A stretch of 64,000 bases of DNA from Proteobacteria bacterium UBA5680 (GTDB lineage: Bacteria > Pseudomonadota > Gammaproteobacteria > Arenicellales > UBA5680): assembly GCA_002420425.1 (NCBI GenBank), contig DIIC01000044.1, positions 68,743 through 132,742 of the forward strand, in the 5' to 3' direction. The translations under genes were made by a program, and so were the position numbers. The first letter of the stretch is position 1. The number at the start of each line of letters is the position of its first letter. Below are positions 27,118-36,764 of the stretch, one piece after another. The notes under the pieces were generated by a model. It was not told the DNA's origin. It searched no databases and saw only the letters and a list, made by a program, of their open reading frames with translations.

Positions 27118-27807
27118 ATGAATACCAAATTCCCAAGAAGGCCAATCAGGAGCTTTGTCCGTAGAGAGGGGCGAATTACTCAGGGTCAGGAGCGTGCACT
27201 AGATCAGCTCTGGCCACGTTTTGGTCTCTCGTTGGGTGAGAACCCCATCAGGATCGATGACCATCTCCCCAACTGCAAAAAGCGGATTCTGGAGATCGGC
27301 TTTGGAGACGGGGACTCTCTGTTGACGATGGCCAAAGCCGAACCGGAGAGTGGTTTTATCGGCATTGAGGTTCACAGACCAGGAGTGGGCCGGCTCCTGC
27401 TCCGCCTGGCGGAAGAAGAGATCAACAATGTACGCCTTATCTGTGACGATGCTGTCCAGGTCGTCACTCACCATATTCCTGTTGCCAGCCTCGATAGAAT
27501 ACAGATTTTTTTTCCTGACCCATGGCACAAAAAAAAGCATCACAAACGCAGGCTAATCCAGCCCGGCTTTGCCTCGCTCCTTGCTGAACGCTTAAAACCC
27601 GGAGGGGCACTCCACATTGCCACAGACTGGGAGGACTATGCCCACACTATTATGGAGGTGGTCAGTGCTGAAAAAAGAGTGTTCAACCCTTATGGTGAGG
27701 GGCATTTTGTTGGCCACAAAAAACTCCGTCCGGCCACCAAGTATGAGGCCCGCGGGCTGCGCAGGGGGCATCACCTCTATGATATCTGGGTCGAAAGAAA
27801 GAGTTAG
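27118..27807 (+). CDS. trmB: tRNA (guanine46-N7)-methyltransferase
   Basis: 229 aa. IRSFVRREGRIT, LEIGFGDGDSLL and FFPDPWHKKKHHKRR are hallmark TrmB motifs. Confidence 0.9.
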   Translation: MNTKFPRRPIRSFVRREGRITQGQERALDQLWPRFGLSLGENPIRIDDHLPNCKKRILEIGFGDGDSLLTMAKAEPESGFIGIEVHRPGVGRLLLRLAEEEINNVRLICDDAVQVVTHHIPVASLDRIQIFFPDPWHKKKHHKRRLIQPGFASLLAERLKPGGALHIATDWEDYAHTIMEVVSAEKRVFNPYGEGHFVGHKKLRPATKYEARGLRRGHHLYDIWVERKS

Positions 27808-27820
27808 CCGATCAACCCGG

Positions 27821-28483
27821 TCACTTCCTGCTCAAAGTAGAGATCCCCTCTCCACCTCCAAGAATTAGCAGATCGGCAGGCTTGCGGGCAAAAAGACCAT
27901 TGGTGACAACCCCTGGTATCTTATTGAGCTCTGCCTCCATGGCAACAGGATCAACAATATTGAGGCCTTGAATATCAATAATAATATTACCGTTATCGGT
28001 AATAAAACCATCACGCAGAACGGGAACCCCCCCAAGCTTGACAATATTTCGGCCTACCAGGCTCTGTGCCATGGGAATCACTTCGACAGGCAGAGGGAAA
28101 CTCCCCAGGACGTCGACCAGTTTTGAGTCGTCTGCGATGCAGACAAATTTCTCACTCGCCTCAGCAACAATCTTCTCCCGAGTGAGTGCCCCTCCCCCGC
28201 CTTTAATCAGGTGCAGATGGCGTGTGGCCTCATCGGTGCCATCAACATAGATTCTTAGATCGCCAGTAGTGTTGAGGTCCAGAACAGGAATGCCGAGCTG
28301 CTGCAGTCGCTGGGCACTCGCCTCTGAACTGGCAACAGCCCCATCGAGCTTTGCCTTTATCCCTGCCAGGGCATCAATAAAATGATCGGCTGTTGATCCC
28401 GTCCCGACCCCAACGATATCCCCATATTCAATATAGTCCAGTGCTGCTTCGGCAGCTGCTTTTTTCATCGCGTCACGGTCCAT
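27821..28483 (-). CDS. rpiA: Ribose-5-phosphate isomerase A
   Basis: [47 protein letters not shown]. Start trimmed to ATG 28483 by alignment to the E. coli RpiA N-terminus; the ORF track extends to 28522. Confidence 0.9.
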   Translation of the reverse strand: MDRDAMKKAAAEAALDYIEYGDIVGVGTGSTADHFIDALAGIKAKLDGAVASSEASAQRLQQLGIPVLDLNTTGDLRIYVDGTDEATRHLHLIKGGGGALTREKIVAEASEKFVCIADDSKLVDVLGSFPLPVEVIPMAQSLVGRNIVKLGGVPVLRDGFITDNGNIIIDIQGLNIVDPVAMEAELNKIPGVVTNGLFARKPADLLILGGGEGISTLSRK

Positions 28484-28573
28484 ACCCGTGTACCCTCCAT
28501 AGTTGGTATAGCTCAACGGCAAGATTACACTCTCTTCTCGTTGTGTGTGCGGAGTATCCCCCAGTGGGCTTCT

Positions 28574-28867
28574 TCAGCCACCACCTAATATATAATCTTT
28601 AGATGGTTCCGGAAACTTAATCTTACCGTAGCAATCCGACACAGCAGAAATAAATGTCCCAACGCTATTTACAGAAAATTTTATCAGCAGCTTATCGGCT
28701 CTTCCTGGGCTAAGGTCACCAATATTATGGATAGCATCACTACAATACCCGCAACTGAATTTACCGGCCTCTACAATCTTCCCGGTGAGGGACTGGTTGC
28801 CGAACTTGTTGTTGGAACAAAAGCCCACCTCTTTGACCGCCAGGGATTGCAGCATCGGATCGTTCAT
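28574..28867 (-). CDS. Hypothetical Cys-containing protein (start uncertain; ORF open to 29002)
   Basis: The ORF has scattered Cys (FCSNN, SCGYCSD, SDCYG) and lower G+C than its neighbours. The long form would overlap the PPTase start by ~55 nt. No family recognised. Confidence 0.3.
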   Translation of the reverse strand: MNDPMLQSLAVKEVGFCSNNKFGNQSLTGKIVEAGKFSCGYCSDAIHNIGDLSPGRADKLLIKFSVNSVGTFISAVSDCYGKIKFPEPSKDYILGGG

Positions 28868-28947
28868 ATGAAACAGGAGGGAGTCATCGCCGAAGTTGAA
28901 GAGCTGGCGCTGGCACAGATGAATGCGATTGGTTCTCCACAGCTGAT

Positions 28948-29703
28948 TTGATGCCCGCCTACCTCCCCACCCTATGGAGCCCAACCAATACCCTGCCCGC
29001 ACTCAGCCAGGAAGAGATCCATCTCTGGGACATTAATCTGGCGACAACGCCTGAAGTTACCAATTTGCTGTCAACCTCTCTGAGTTCGAAAGAGCTTGAG
29101 TACGCCCATCGGCGGCCCGAAAAGCTGCGTTCCCGCTACATCGCCTCAAAGGGTTATCTTCGCCACCTCCTTGGAAAGTACCTCGGCATCCCGCCAGGAG
29201 AGATACGTTATATTTTTGGTGCACTGGGGAAGCCGGCCCTCTCCCCAGAGTTCAAATCCGGCCTCAGCTTTAATCTGAGTGATTGTGGAAACAAGGGTCT
29301 TTTGGCGGTTGCCTACGGACGTGAAATTGGCGTGGACCTCGAGCAGCTCCCTCGCAACGTTAATGAGCGTGCTATCGCCCAAAAACTTTTTTCTCCATCA
29401 GAGGCAAATGCCCTCAATGCCGCTGAAGCCGAAAAGCTGAACGAGTCTTTTCTTGCCTGCTGGACACGAAAAGAGGCCTGGGGTAAGGCCATTGGCAGAG
29501 GGATCCACTACCCGATGAAGAACACCCCTCTATGTAACCAGCTGTCGGAACCTGAACTTCAGTATTGTTTCGCTAACGATAACTGGTTATTACGCCAGTT
29601 CAGGCCCGACTCTCACTCAGTTGCCTGCCTGGTAGGCAGCGGGGTTGATTGGAAGATGAGTTGCTTCAGGTGGACGCTAATGACGGCAACAGGTGCCCAA
29701 TGA
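28948..29703 (+). CDS. 4'-phosphopantetheinyl transferase (Sfp/EntD-type)
   Basis: 251 aa. EIHLWDINL, FNLSDCG, IGVDLE and WTRKEAWGKAIGRGI are PPTase superfamily motifs. Confidence 0.8.
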   Translation: MMPAYLPTLWSPTNTLPALSQEEIHLWDINLATTPEVTNLLSTSLSSKELEYAHRRPEKLRSRYIASKGYLRHLLGKYLGIPPGEIRYIFGALGKPALSPEFKSGLSFNLSDCGNKGLLAVAYGREIGVDLEQLPRNVNERAIAQKLFSPSEANALNAAEAEKLNESFLACWTRKEAWGKAIGRGIHYPMKNTPLCNQLSEPELQYCFANDNWLLRQFRPDSHSVACLVGSGVDWKMSCFRWTLMTATGAQ

Positions 29704-30800
29704 CAACCCCGCACACCACTCCCAAGAACCTCTATCAATCCGCACTCGATTCAAAACAGTTCTCTCCTGATAAGGACCAGGCACTTGTTGTTGATGCCTT
29801 CGAGGTGCTCTTCCACCGCCTTATGGAACCAAAACCTCTTTTTACCAGGCTGTTCCATCAATTCATCGCTTCACCCCCTCCGATTCCAGGGCTCTATCTG
29901 GTAGGTGGTGTTGGACGAGGGAAGACCTCTCTGATGGACCTCTTCTTCGAATTACTGCCCTTCCCGGAGAAGCGGCGAGTCCACTTCTACCGCTTTATGA
30001 AAGAGGTTCATGACCAACTGAAAACCCTGAAAACCCGGCAAAACCCACTTGAACTTATCGGCCGGCGGATTGCTCGCCAGACAAAACTCCTCTGTTTTGA
30101 TGAGCTCTACGTTGCCGATATCGGGGATGCCATGATCCTGGCCGGGCTCTTTACCGCTCTTGTCCATAATCACGTTACCCTGATCATCACTTCCAACACC
30201 TATCCTGATGATCTCTACCGGGGTGGCCTGCAGCGGGATCGCTTCCTGCCTGCCATTGACCTGATTAGCCATCACACCCAGCTGATTGACCTTGGTGACA
30301 GCCGGGACTACCGGCTCATGCAACTGGGTGAGTCCGGCGTCTATTTTGACCTTAATGATCCAGAGACCGAAACCAGACTGGCGTCCTGTTTTACCCAACT
30401 CTCTCCCGACCCTCATGCCGAAGAGGGTGAAAGTGTAGAAATTCTCGGCAGAGTGATCCCGGTAGAACGCTCAGGGGATGGCATTATCTGGTTCACCTTT
30501 GAGGTCCTTTGTGGCAGTGAGCGCTCTCAACTCGACTATATTGAACTCTCACGTGAGTACAATACTGCAATCATCTCAGGTATCCCGGTTCTCGGAGCTG
30601 AAGCAGTTGACCGAGCTCGTCGCCTGATTGAATTGGTCGATGAGTTTTACGACCGGGGGGTTAAAGTGATCATCTCAGCGGCGGCGGCTCCCCAACTCCT
30701 CTATCGCGGGGATCGACTGGCGAAAGGATTTGCTCGAACAGCGAGCCGCCTGATCGAGATGCAGAGTAGCGCCTATCTCTCCCGTGAACACCGCCCCTGA
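29700..30800 (+). CDS. zapE: Cell division protein ZapE (AFG1-like ATPase)
   Basis: Walker A GGVGRGKTSLMDLFF, Walker B LLCFDELYV and AFG1 family length. Start set at ATG 29700, overlapping the PPTase stop (ATGA). Confidence 0.85.
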   Translation: MTTPHTTPKNLYQSALDSKQFSPDKDQALVVDAFEVLFHRLMEPKPLFTRLFHQFIASPPPIPGLYLVGGVGRGKTSLMDLFFELLPFPEKRRVHFYRFMKEVHDQLKTLKTRQNPLELIGRRIARQTKLLCFDELYVADIGDAMILAGLFTALVHNHVTLIITSNTYPDDLYRGGLQRDRFLPAIDLISHHTQLIDLGDSRDYRLMQLGESGVYFDLNDPETETRLASCFTQLSPDPHAEEGESVEILGRVIPVERSGDGIIWFTFEVLCGSERSQLDYIELSREYNTAIISGIPVLGAEAVDRARRLIELVDEFYDRGVKVIISAAAAPQLLYRGDRLAKGFARTASRLIEMQSSAYLSREHRP

Positions 30801-30819
30801 ATCGAAGCGGTGACTCTCC

Positions 30820-31230
30820 CTAGTGGGTGAAAGAGTGGCGTAGCTGGTAATTTCCCTGGGTATTCCTCTCCAGATAGAGTTCGATATCTGGATGTTGTGG
30901 AGGCTCTCCACTCTTATCAATGAGGAGGTTCTGTTCAGAGACGTAAGCGATATAGGTATTCTCCCCATTTTCTGCCAGCAGGTGATAGAACGGCTGGTTG
31001 CGTCTGGGACGAATATCCTCCGGTATTGACATCAACCACTCCTCGGTACTGCCATATTCGGGATCAACATCAAAGATAACGCCACGGAAGGCATAGGTTC
31101 GATGCTGTACCATCTGGCCGATGGAGAATTGTGCCCGCTGTGGGTCGTGCGTTTCGGGGGCCATCTTATCTATCTCTTTACTCATCGTAGGATCTGTTTT
31201 TGGGGTTGCTGGAGGGGCCAGTGATGCCAT
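30820..31230 (-). CDS. hspQ: Heat-shock protein HspQ (hemimethylated-DNA-binding YccV family)
   Basis: FSIGQMVQHRTYAFRGVIFDVDPEY...QPFYHLLAENGENTYIAYVSEQNL parallels E. coli HspQ. The true start may be an internal Met (about 31164). Confidence 0.8.
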   Translation of the reverse strand: MASLAPPATPKTDPTMSKEIDKMAPETHDPQRAQFSIGQMVQHRTYAFRGVIFDVDPEYGSTEEWLMSIPEDIRPRRNQPFYHLLAENGENTYIAYVSEQNLLIDKSGEPPQHPDIELYLERNTQGNYQLRHSFTH

Positions 31231-31328
31231 CTTAACTCACTTCTCATATGGTGATGTATTATTATAAAAACAAGAGCTGGAGCTGAACAGCCTCTTTAAT
31301 CCCTGCTCATCTATCCAGGGTTAGACAA

Positions 31329-31568
31329 CTAACCGGCCTGAGCTACCGAGCCCTGTGCAGTGTGTATCCAGCCCACATGAGGGTGCAATGCATCGTTACG
31401 CATTATGAGCTCCATCTCAAGAAAATTATTGATCGCTGTAAGATCAGCTGGATTGGAGAAATCATGGCGGAGGCGACTTAGGTGTGCCTGGCTGATGTAG
31501 AGCACATTGGGTGGATACCCATGCTCACGCTCAAAGTCTGAGGCCAACCGGTAGATAAAGCTCAGCAT
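31329..31568 (-). CDS. Hypothetical small protein
   Basis: 79 aa from ATG 31568, with AAGGAG 6 nt upstream (the ORF track starts at 31595). No family recognised. Confidence 0.45.
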   Translation of the reverse strand: MLSFIYRLASDFEREHGYPPNVLYISQAHLSRLRHDFSNPADLTAINNFLEMELIMRNDALHPHVGWIHTAQGSVAQAG

Positions 31569-31842
31569 TTTTTGCTCCTTTAACGTCACAATCACGCACT
31601 GCTTTTACTGCTGACTGGTCAATCTCCCAACTACTCATCTTGAGACTACTGCAACGCAGTTAAAGTTTAGACTATTATGAGAAAAAAAGAGTTGATTTAT
31701 GTCAATTCTCCTGATAATCAGAATATACTAATATTCCAATCATCTATCAAGCCAAATCCTCTCACTCCCCCCAACTAACCCCTATTGTTGTTGTATTCTT
31801 GCTACATTCCAGCAGGAGAGTGCGTAAATTTCAGTAGGTAGG

Positions 31843-32181
31843 TACTGTACATTGTCAGGTAACGTTTGAGATGTGATGGTGGTCACCACCTCAATAGGGT
31901 TCTGGGTATGCTGATGGCCCAAGCAAGGCATCTGCCAAAAGCAAATTCCTATCCCTGTTACTGTACTTGAGCGCTGAGATGTGATGAAGCCAGTATTAAG
32001 ATTTGTTAATAAATATCACGTAATGACGCATTCCAAACCGGTCTATTTTCTGTACAATTACGTTTTTGACCATTAGATCAACTGAAAACAGGCGAAGAGC
32101 ATTCCGGTATTCGCCCGTTTAAGGGCTACCGAAGATCCTGCCAGGAGGCGTGACGGCTGAGCACAATGTAAAGAGATGTGA
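31843..32181. repeat. Dispersed short direct repeats in a long non-coding region
   Basis: Exact 12-mer tgagatgtgatg at 31867-31878 and 31975-31986. A related gagatgtga at 32173-32181. tactgtac at 31843-31850 and 31959-31966, and ctgtac at 32050-32055. Confidence 0.7.
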
Positions 32182-32321
32182 AGATTGGCAAATACAGGTA
32201 AACAATCTGGAAGAACGTACTCTTTCTTTGTTTAAATCCAACGCCACAAGAATATTACAATCCATCGATTTTTGGATGTAAGGTCCATCACCTCTTTTTT
32301 TGCTCCATTCAGCAACGTTTT

Positions 32322-33584
32322 ATGAAAAAATTAATTCGCTTTCTTATTCCTGTTCTGATTTTTGCTGTCGGTGGAGCTGGCTTCGCCTACCTCCGTGCAA
32401 GCCGTCCCCCTGCCACACCGGTCACTCCGACGGAACAGTCATGGGTGGTTGCGACTGAAGAGGTCGTTATTGCCTCACACTCTCCAATGGTAGGCCTTCA
32501 CGGCAGTGTTGAGTCGCCATTACACTCAAAGATGGCCTCTGCAATCTCTGCTGAAGTAATAGAAGTTATCGCCCTCCCAGGTATTAATGTAGTCAAAGGC
32601 GACCCCCTGATCCTGCTCGACCGGGGTGATCTTGAGCTTGTGCTTGACCAACGAAAAGCAGATCTTATCGATGTTGAGGCTCAAATACGGAGTGAATACC
32701 GGCGCCAGAAGAGCGATCTTGAGGCCCTTAGCCATGAGAATACCCTGCTGGAGATTGCGATTCGTGAAGTGGCTCGGGCAGAGCGCCTGAAAGAACAGAA
32801 CCTGGGGGCTGCTTCAAAGGTTGATAGTGCAAGAATGGCGCTCGAGCAGCGTGAACTCTCCCTCAACATGCGTCGACAGGCGATCGAGGACCATGAGTCA
32901 CGACTTGCCAAACTGATGGCAAGCAAAAAACGTACTGAAGCGGCCCGGAGTCGGGCACAACGAGACCTCAATCATACCGTGATTAAGGCGCCCTTTTCGG
33001 GTCGGATTACTCGCGTAATGACGGCCATTGGGAACCGGGTAGGCCCTGGAGAACCCCTGCTCGAACTTTTTGACAATCAACAACTTGAGGTTCGTGCTCA
33101 AATTCCAACCCGCCTGCTCTCCGGCCTAAAAAAAGCAATCGCTGAAAAGAGAAAGCTGATCGCTAAGGGCCAGCCGGATGGTCATCAGATAATATTCCGG
33201 CTTGACCGACTGGCAGCACAGGTGGAGAGGGGCACCGGTGGTGTGGATGGTTTCTTCAAGGTGGAAAGTGGTGATTCGACCTCGCTGGAACTTGGCCGCA
33301 CGCTCAGCCTGCTTCTCACCCTCCCTCCCGTTAAATCCACTTTTACTGTTCCAGTACAGGCGATCTATGGCAACAACCGGCTCTACCGCTTAATCGACAA
33401 CCGGATGCGAGCAAGCCGTATTTTGCGTATTGGCAATGCCGGAGGCAGAGAGAGTCGAGTCATTGTACAGAGTGAAGAGATTGCTGACGGTGACACCATT
33501 ATTGTCTCCAACATTCCCAATGCTGTAGAGGGCCTTCAGGTAAAACCCGGCACTCACCTTGCTCTCTCTTTATCTCCTGATTAA
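32322..33584 (+). CDS. RND efflux periplasmic adaptor (HlyD/MFP family)
   Basis: 420 aa. N-terminal anchor, a long central coiled-coil (Ala/Arg/Glu/Leu-rich) and flanking beta-barrel segments (VIKAPFSGRITRV). Lies directly upstream of the RND permease. Confidence 0.85.
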   Translation: MKKLIRFLIPVLIFAVGGAGFAYLRASRPPATPVTPTEQSWVVATEEVVIASHSPMVGLHGSVESPLHSKMASAISAEVIEVIALPGINVVKGDPLILLDRGDLELVLDQRKADLIDVEAQIRSEYRRQKSDLEALSHENTLLEIAIREVARAERLKEQNLGAASKVDSARMALEQRELSLNMRRQAIEDHESRLAKLMASKKRTEAARSRAQRDLNHTVIKAPFSGRITRVMTAIGNRVGPGEPLLELFDNQQLEVRAQIPTRLLSGLKKAIAEKRKLIAKGQPDGHQIIFRLDRLAAQVERGTGGVDGFFKVESGDSTSLELGRTLSLLLTLPPVKSTFTVPVQAIYGNNRLYRLIDNRMRASRILRIGNAGGRESRVIVQSEEIADGDTIIVSNIPNAVEGLQVKPGTHLALSLSPD

Positions 33585-33596
33585 CCCAGTACGGTC

Positions 33597-36500
33597 ATGA
33601 CTTTCAGACATCGAGATGACCTGATCGGTATTTTTACCAAACACCCAGTGGCGGCCAACCTGCTGATGGTGTTAATGCTCGCTTCTGGCGCCTGGGGAAT
33701 CAACAAGCTCAATACCCAGTTTTTCCCTACCTTTGCCCTCGACTTTGTCACCGTCCGCGTGACCTGGTCCGGTGCCAGCCCAGAAGATATTGAAGAGGCG
33801 ATCACCATTCCTCTGGAACAGTCTCTGAAAAACGTTGAAGGCCTGCGTACGCTGACCTCTACTTCGGTTGAGGGCGCGTCATCCGTTGTCCTTGAGTTTG
33901 AGCCCGGAACAGACCCCACACTGTCGGTGCAACAGGTTCAGGAAGAGGTGGATATGGTTCGTAACCTCCCAGAGTCAGCAGAACAGCCCCGCGTCAGTCG
34001 TGTGATCCGTTATGAGCCCGTCTCCAGCCTGCTGATTACCGGCCCCAATCATGATCTAGGGGAACTTCGGGACCTGGTATACCGCTTTGAGAAAGAGTTG
34101 CTCGAGCGTGGTATCGCCAGGGTGGATATTAGCGGGCTTCCAAGTGAGGAGATCGCCGTCCAGATCAGCACAGATCAGTTAAAAGAGCTGGGACTCTCTA
34201 TCAATCAGATTGGCCAGCGCATTCGTGCACTCTCAAAAGACCTGCCGATCGGAACAGTGGGCAGGAATGATGCCGCCCGCCAGCTTCGCTTTCTCGATCA
34301 ACGAAGAGGGGAAATGGCCTTAGAAGACCTGACGGTCTCGGCTGACGACCAGGGACGCCGCCTCACTCTGGGTGATATCAGCACCATTGAACGACGCCCG
34401 ATTAGTGGCCAAACTCGACTCTTCTTAAAGGGCAAGCCTGCAATTGAGCTTCAATTGAAGAGGGTCGAAAACAGCGATACTCTGGACGCGGCAAGGATTG
34501 TTGATGCCTGGGTAGAAGAGACCCGCCCCCAACTCTCGCCTGGAATCGAAATTCAGGTCTATAACGAGACCTGGGTCTTCCTGCAGCAGCGAATAACCCT
34601 GCTGGTCAAAAACGGTGTTGGCGGACTGGCGCTGATCATCATCATTCTCTTTCTTTTTCTAAATGGCCGTGTCGCCTTTTGGGTTACCGCCGGGATACCC
34701 ATCTCATTTACCGCTACCCTGGCAATCCTCTACTTCGGAGGTGGTTCAATCAATATGTTGAGCCTCTTCGCCTTGATCATGACCCTGGGCATCATCGTTG
34801 ATGATGCGATCGTTGTCGGTGAAGACACAATGGCTCATCTGCAAAGAGGTGAAAGCAGCCTCGAAGCCGCTGAAGGGGGTGCGCGCAGAATGTTTGCCCC
34901 TGTTCTTTCAGCGATGCTGTCAACAGCAGCAACCTTTCTCCCCCTGATGCTGATCGGTGGCATTATGGGCGAGATGTTGTTTGAGATCCCCTTTGTGGTG
35001 ATCTGTGTGATTATTGCCTCCCTGGTTGAGTGCTTTCTTGTTCTGCCCGGCCACCTACGACACTCATTTCGGCGAGCCGATGGATATAAAGTAACCCCTG
35101 CCCGAGCCCGGCTCGACAATGGCTTTGCCCACTTTAGGGACAGAGTGTTCCGTCCTACCGTCACCTTTGCCCTCAACAACCGCTGGGCGACACTGGCCAC
35201 CGCCATCACTATTTTGGTCCTCTCGGTCGGCCTGGCGCTCAGTGGTCGTATCCAGTTTTCCTTCTTCCCTGAGCCCGAAGGACGGATCATTGAAGCCAAC
35301 CTTGCCTATGTTGCCGGCACCCCTAAGGAGCGAGTGGATAGTTATCTCTCCCATATGGAAGAGACCCTCTACCAAATTGAGAGTGAGTCCGGAGAAAAAA
35401 TTCTTAGAACTGTTCTCTTAATGAAGGGGTCAACAATCAATGCTGTGGCCGGACTTGGCTTGGGTGGAGGGACCGCCGGGGGTGACAACATCGGTTCGAT
35501 TAGGGTCGAGTTGACAGAGCCCGACTCCCGAGCACTGCGAAATAACGAACTGACCAAAGCCTGGAAAGAGAGGCTGAAGATGGAGCCGGGAATAGAGGCC
35601 CTCACTATCACTGAACAACGAGGCGGCCCCCCCGGAAGGGATCTTGAAATACGCCTGACCGGTCCCAATGCACAAGAGCTGAAATCAGCTGCTTTAGCAC
35701 TCCAAACCCACATCACCAGTATTAAAGGGGTATCGAACCCAAGTGATGATTTGCCCTATGGCCAGGAGCAGCTGATTCTGAAAATGACGCCCCAAGGTGA
35801 GGCCCTTGGGCTGACCGTTGACCAGATTGGCAACCAACTCAGAGCGGCTTTTGATGGCTTCCTCGCCCAGGTTTTTCCAGAGGGTAACGATGAAATTGAG
35901 GTCCGGGTTATGCTCCCTGACAGGGAACGAAATACTCTCCAGAGTATCTTTGATTTTGACCTCATTATGCCCAATGGCAACACCGTTCCCATCTCCAATA
36001 TTGTGACCATCGATTCACGTCAGGGTTTTGAGGTGCTGCGCCATTCTGATGGATACCTGGCCGCAACCGTCGCCGCCGATGTAGACCCTGCAGTCAATAA
36101 TGACAACCTGATCCGAAATCAGCTGGCAAACGAATTCCTGCCTGAGCTTTCAGTTCAGTATGGGGTTGACTTCTCCTATGAAGGGCGAGCGGCCTACCAG
36201 CGTGAGACCTTTTTAGACATGCAGGTCGGTGCAGCACTTGCCCTGCTGATGATCTATCTTATCCTGGCCTGGGTCTTCGGGTCCTACGGCTGGCCTCTGG
36301 TGGTGATGACCGTTATTCCCTTCGGCCTGGTCGGTGCCCTGTGGGGGCATCTGTTGATGGGTATTGACCTTACTCTGCTCTCGCTCTTCGGCTTCTTCGG
36401 TCTTTCGGGAATTGTGGTCAATGACTCGATCATTCTGGTGGTCTTCTACAAATCCCTTAAACTGACCGGGATCAGCATACGTGATGCCGTTGTTGAGGCC

Positions 36501-36764
36501 GCCTGCCAACGTCTGCGTGCGGTCATTCTGACCTCTCTGACCACCATTGCAGGATTGACTCCCCTTCTTTTTGAGACCTCACTTCAAGCTGAATTTCTCA
36601 TCCCGATGGCGGTATCGATTGCCTTCGGGCTTGCATTTGCAACTCTTATTGTCCTTGTCCTGGTTCCCACTCTGCTCTATTTTCATGAGTTACTCCTTGG
36701 CCGCAAGCACCACAAACCCCTTCCTGCGACTCAGGGTGAGCCCTCCATAGAGACCCTCTCCTGA
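33597..36764 (+). CDS. RND family efflux transporter permease (AcrB/HAE-type)
   Basis: 1055 aa, a 12-TM architecture with two large periplasmic loops. Conserved TM4 region LGIIVDDAIVVGE and TM10 region GIVVNDSIILV. Confidence 0.9.
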   Translation: MTFRHRDDLIGIFTKHPVAANLLMVLMLASGAWGINKLNTQFFPTFALDFVTVRVTWSGASPEDIEEAITIPLEQSLKNVEGLRTLTSTSVEGASSVVLEFEPGTDPTLSVQQVQEEVDMVRNLPESAEQPRVSRVIRYEPVSSLLITGPNHDLGELRDLVYRFEKELLERGIARVDISGLPSEEIAVQISTDQLKELGLSINQIGQRIRALSKDLPIGTVGRNDAARQLRFLDQRRGEMALEDLTVSADDQGRRLTLGDISTIERRPISGQTRLFLKGKPAIELQLKRVENSDTLDAARIVDAWVEETRPQLSPGIEIQVYNETWVFLQQRITLLVKNGVGGLALIIIILFLFLNGRVAFWVTAGIPISFTATLAILYFGGGSINMLSLFALIMTLGIIVDDAIVVGEDTMAHLQRGESSLEAAEGGARRMFAPVLSAMLSTAATFLPLMLIGGIMGEMLFEIPFVVICVIIASLVECFLVLPGHLRHSFRRADGYKVTPARARLDNGFAHFRDRVFRPTVTFALNNRWATLATAITILVLSVGLALSGRIQFSFFPEPEGRIIEANLAYVAGTPKERVDSYLSHMEETLYQIESESGEKILRTVLLMKGSTINAVAGLGLGGGTAGGDNIGSIRVELTEPDSRALRNNELTKAWKERLKMEPGIEALTITEQRGGPPGRDLEIRLTGPNAQELKSAALALQTHITSIKGVSNPSDDLPYGQEQLILKMTPQGEALGLTVDQIGNQLRAAFDGFLAQVFPEGNDEIEVRVMLPDRERNTLQSIFDFDLIMPNGNTVPISNIVTIDSRQGFEVLRHSDGYLAATVAADVDPAVNNDNLIRNQLANEFLPELSVQYGVDFSYEGRAAYQRETFLDMQVGAALALLMIYLILAWVFGSYGWPLVVMTVIPFGLVGALWGHLLMGIDLTLLSLFGFFGLSGIVVNDSIILVVFYKSLKLTGISIRDAVVEAACQRLRAVILTSLTTIAGLTPLLFETSLQAEFLIPMAVSIAFGLAFATLIVLVLVPTLLYFHELLLGRKHHKPLPATQGEPSIETLS

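Noticed and set aside
31843-31860. LexA (SOS) box resemblance of tactgtacattgtcaggt.
   Set aside because: The sequence has CTGT but the second half-site is CAG at N7 rather than ACAG at N8, so the palindrome is not preserved. The other tactgtac copy has no second half-site at all.
31878-31890. The palindrome ggtggtcaccacc as a terminator.
   Set aside because: The stem is at most 5 bp with a 3-nt loop and no following U-run on either strand. It may still be a protein-binding palindrome.
31867-32181. Repeated tgagatgtgatg motifs as a CRISPR array.
   Set aside because: There are only two exact 12-nt copies plus a degenerate third, at irregular spacing (108 and about 198 nt). The repeats are far shorter than CRISPR repeats, and no cas genes are present.
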